A program made the translations under genes and the position numbers. The notes below the pieces were generated by a model. The model made no database searches, was not told the origin of the DNA, and saw nothing but the letters and a program-made list of their open reading frames with translations. A stretch of DNA of 64,000 bases from Somniosus microcephalus (taxonomy: Eukaryota), in NCBI GenBank assembly GCA_052327205.1, contig CM126209.1, positions 24,180,001-24,244,000 on the forward strand. The letters run 5' to 3'. Of this stretch, positions 61,786 through 64,000 are shown piece after piece; the stretch's first letter is position 1; each line of letters begins with the position of its first letter.

Positions 61786-63304
61786 TATTATCTTGAATAC
61801 TTCGATCAGATCACCCCTTAATCTTCTAAATTCTAGGGAATGCAACCCTAATTTATGTAATCTCTCCTCGTAACTTAACCCTTGAAGTCCAGGTATCATT
61901 CTGGTAAACCTACACTGCACTCCCTCCAAGGCCAATATATCCTTCCTAAGGTGTGGTGCCCAGAACTGCTCACAGTACTCCAGGTGTGTCTAACTAGGGT
62001 TTTGTACAGCCACAGCATAACTTCTATCCCCTTGTATTCTAGTCCTCTAGATATAAGGGCCAGCATCCCATTAGCCTTTTTGATTATTTTCTGTGCCTGT
62101 TCATGACATTTTAATGCTCTATATACCTGGACCCCCAAGTCTCTTTGGACATCCACGGTTTCTAGCTTTTTATCATTTAGAAAGTTCCCTGTTCTATCCT
62201 TTTTAGGTCCAAATTGGATGACCTCACGTTTGCCTACATTGAAATCCATTTGCCACACTTTTGACATTCACTTAATCTGTCGCTATTCCTTGCTAATTTT
62301 ATGCTTCCATCTACATTGCCTATAATGCCACCATCCATAGACATTTCCTGTCCACTACTTTAGTCACCTCCTCAAAAATTGCAATCAGGTTTGTCAGGCA
62401 TGACCTACCTTTCACAAATCCATGCTGGCTCTCTCTGATCAACTGAAAATTTTCAAGGTGTTCAGTCACCCTATCATTAATTATAGACTCTAGAAATTTC
62501 CCGACAACAGATGTTAGGCTAACTGGTCCATAATTCCCTGGTTTCCCCCTCTCACCATTTTTAAATAGCGGAGTGACATGCACAATTTTCCATTCTAAAG
62601 GCATCGTTCCTGACTCAAGAGAACTTTGGAAGGTTATAGTTAGGGCATCTGCAATATGCACATCTACACCCTTTAAAACCCTGGGATGGAAGCCATCTGG
62701 CCCTGGGAATATGTCACTCTTTAGTGCCATTATTTTCTTCAATACTGTTATTTTACTTACATTAATTTTGTTGAGTTCCTGTCCCTGATTCTGTATTATT
62801 TCCTTGGGATTTCTGGCATGCTTCCTCTACTGTAAATACTGATGCAAAGTAATTATTCAACATGTCTGCCCTTTCCTTATTATCATTGACAATATCACCG
62901 CTTTCATTTTTTAAGGGGCCAACATCGCTCCTGACTACCTTCTTTTTCCGAATATAATTGTAAAAAAATTGTATTGATTTTGATATCCCTTGCAAGTTTC
63001 TTTTCATATTCCCTTTTTGTAGCTCTTGCTGTCCATTTTGTGACTCTTTGCTGTTCTTTGTATCTTTCCCATTCGCCAGGATCTGTGCTATTTTTTGCAT
63101 TTTTGTATACTTTTTCTTTTAGTTTTATGCTGTCCCTCACCTCTTTAGTCGTCCATGGCTTTTTTTTTGGGCAAGTAGGGCTCTTGCCTCTCAGGGCTAT
63201 AAACTGGTTCTGTATCACCTTAAATTCTTTTTTGAACATCACGCCCTGATCTTCTGTCATTTTGAACATTAACAGATTTGCCCATTTAACTGTGGACAGT
63301 CTCT

Positions 63305-64000
63305 GGCCTAGAAATTCAGCTGTTTGCGCCAGCTGTTAGCGCCAGATTTCCGGCGCTATCCACTTAGCGCCCGGGCACCGCCGGATCTGCGCCTACGCCG
63401 AAATTCAGCTGGGCTTTAGCACCGGCGCAAAGTGTTAGTGCCCGCTCAGCTGCGCGCGCATCTTATGACGTCATTCCGTCGTGCAACGCCGTTTGTGCAC
63501 CCCAAACCGGAAATTCAGTGGCGCCCGGCCGATGTGGGCGTGGCGCTGCTAAGAACTGTGAAATGGAACTCAACAGAGGCCCTGTGGGATTCGGGGAGCG
63601 CTAATTAAAGGGCACATCCACTCACCCATAAAAGCCAGCCATTTCGCTGCAATGACTTGACTGCTTTGGATTTCTGCACAGAGAGCAAGGCACAGAGATT
63701 ACTGATTTCGGACACCATAGGAGAGGTATTTTTGGCTTCTAGCCAGTGCTTTGACATTTGCATCCTTGTGATTTTGCTGTTTGGAACTTTGTAATGGGGG
63801 CTGCATGGGGGGCCAACCCTCAGTTGCTACATTTTGTGCGAAGGGCTCGCAGACGCTTTGAGAGAGGGCCAGGCATGCCTAGACGCAGAGGGGCCATTAG
63901 GCGTCGCCAACGTAGGCCTTACCCAGTCAGGCAATACCGGCAGCAGGTCTCATATCTCACCATGACTGGGGCGCATTGTGTTAAGAGGCTGCGCTTCAGA
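63305..64000 (+). mobile_element. Left end of a Harbinger transposon (runs off the window)
   Basis: TIR GGCCTAGAAATTCAG, TAGCGCC repeats, transposase start at 63794. Confidence 0.85.
63794..64000 (+). CDS. Harbinger transposase N-terminus (partial, open to window end)
   Basis: MGAAWG..RRPYPVRQYRQQVSYLTMTGAHCVKRLRFR parallels RRPYPPRVF..SYLQLS..CIRRLRF at 34716 onward. Confidence 0.78.
   Translation, partial: MGAAWGANPQLLHFVRRARRRFERGPGMPRRRGAIRRRQRRPYPVRQYRQQVSYLTMTGAHCVKRLRFR

Larger units (their letters stand above)
59957..63300 (-). mobile_element. CR1 LINE (HER1-like), interrupted by two MITEs and cut at its 5' side by a Harbinger
   Basis: PGPDGFHPRVLK..QHGFVKGRSCLTNL..KKANGMLALISRG; tail (cataggaa)n at the left end. 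Confidence 0.88.

Overview
A repeat-dominated vertebrate window, most likely from a shark or other cartilaginous fish (inferred from SacSINE1/Deu-type SINEs and elasmobranch-style CR1 tails). I could not confidently identify any host protein-coding gene. It holds four full-length Ty3/Gypsy LTR retrotransposons (4652-9669, 20735-25999, 37009-42120, 47198-55205), each with a 5-bp TSD, and two solo LTRs. PIF/Harbinger DNA transposons are abundant: a two-gene element (transposase plus Myb/SANT partner, 34214-43878), the start of an apparently intact one (63305 to the window end), a fossil copy and about 11 MITEs or derivatives. There are also Penelope-like elements with hammerhead ribozyme motifs, a probable non-autonomous Helitron, a Rex1/Babar fragment and many CR1/L2/DeuSINE pieces, often nested. 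Main observations: (1) a Gypsy element with no tRNA PBS, whose post-LTR 13 nt pair perfectly with its own LTR poly(A)-signal region, suggesting self-priming and/or poly(A) masking; (2) a Penelope with inverted pseudo-LTRs and paired minimal hammerheads; (3) Harbinger MITEs that look like portable promoter plus splice-donor cassettes. All calls are by eye and boundaries of degraded repeats are approximate.
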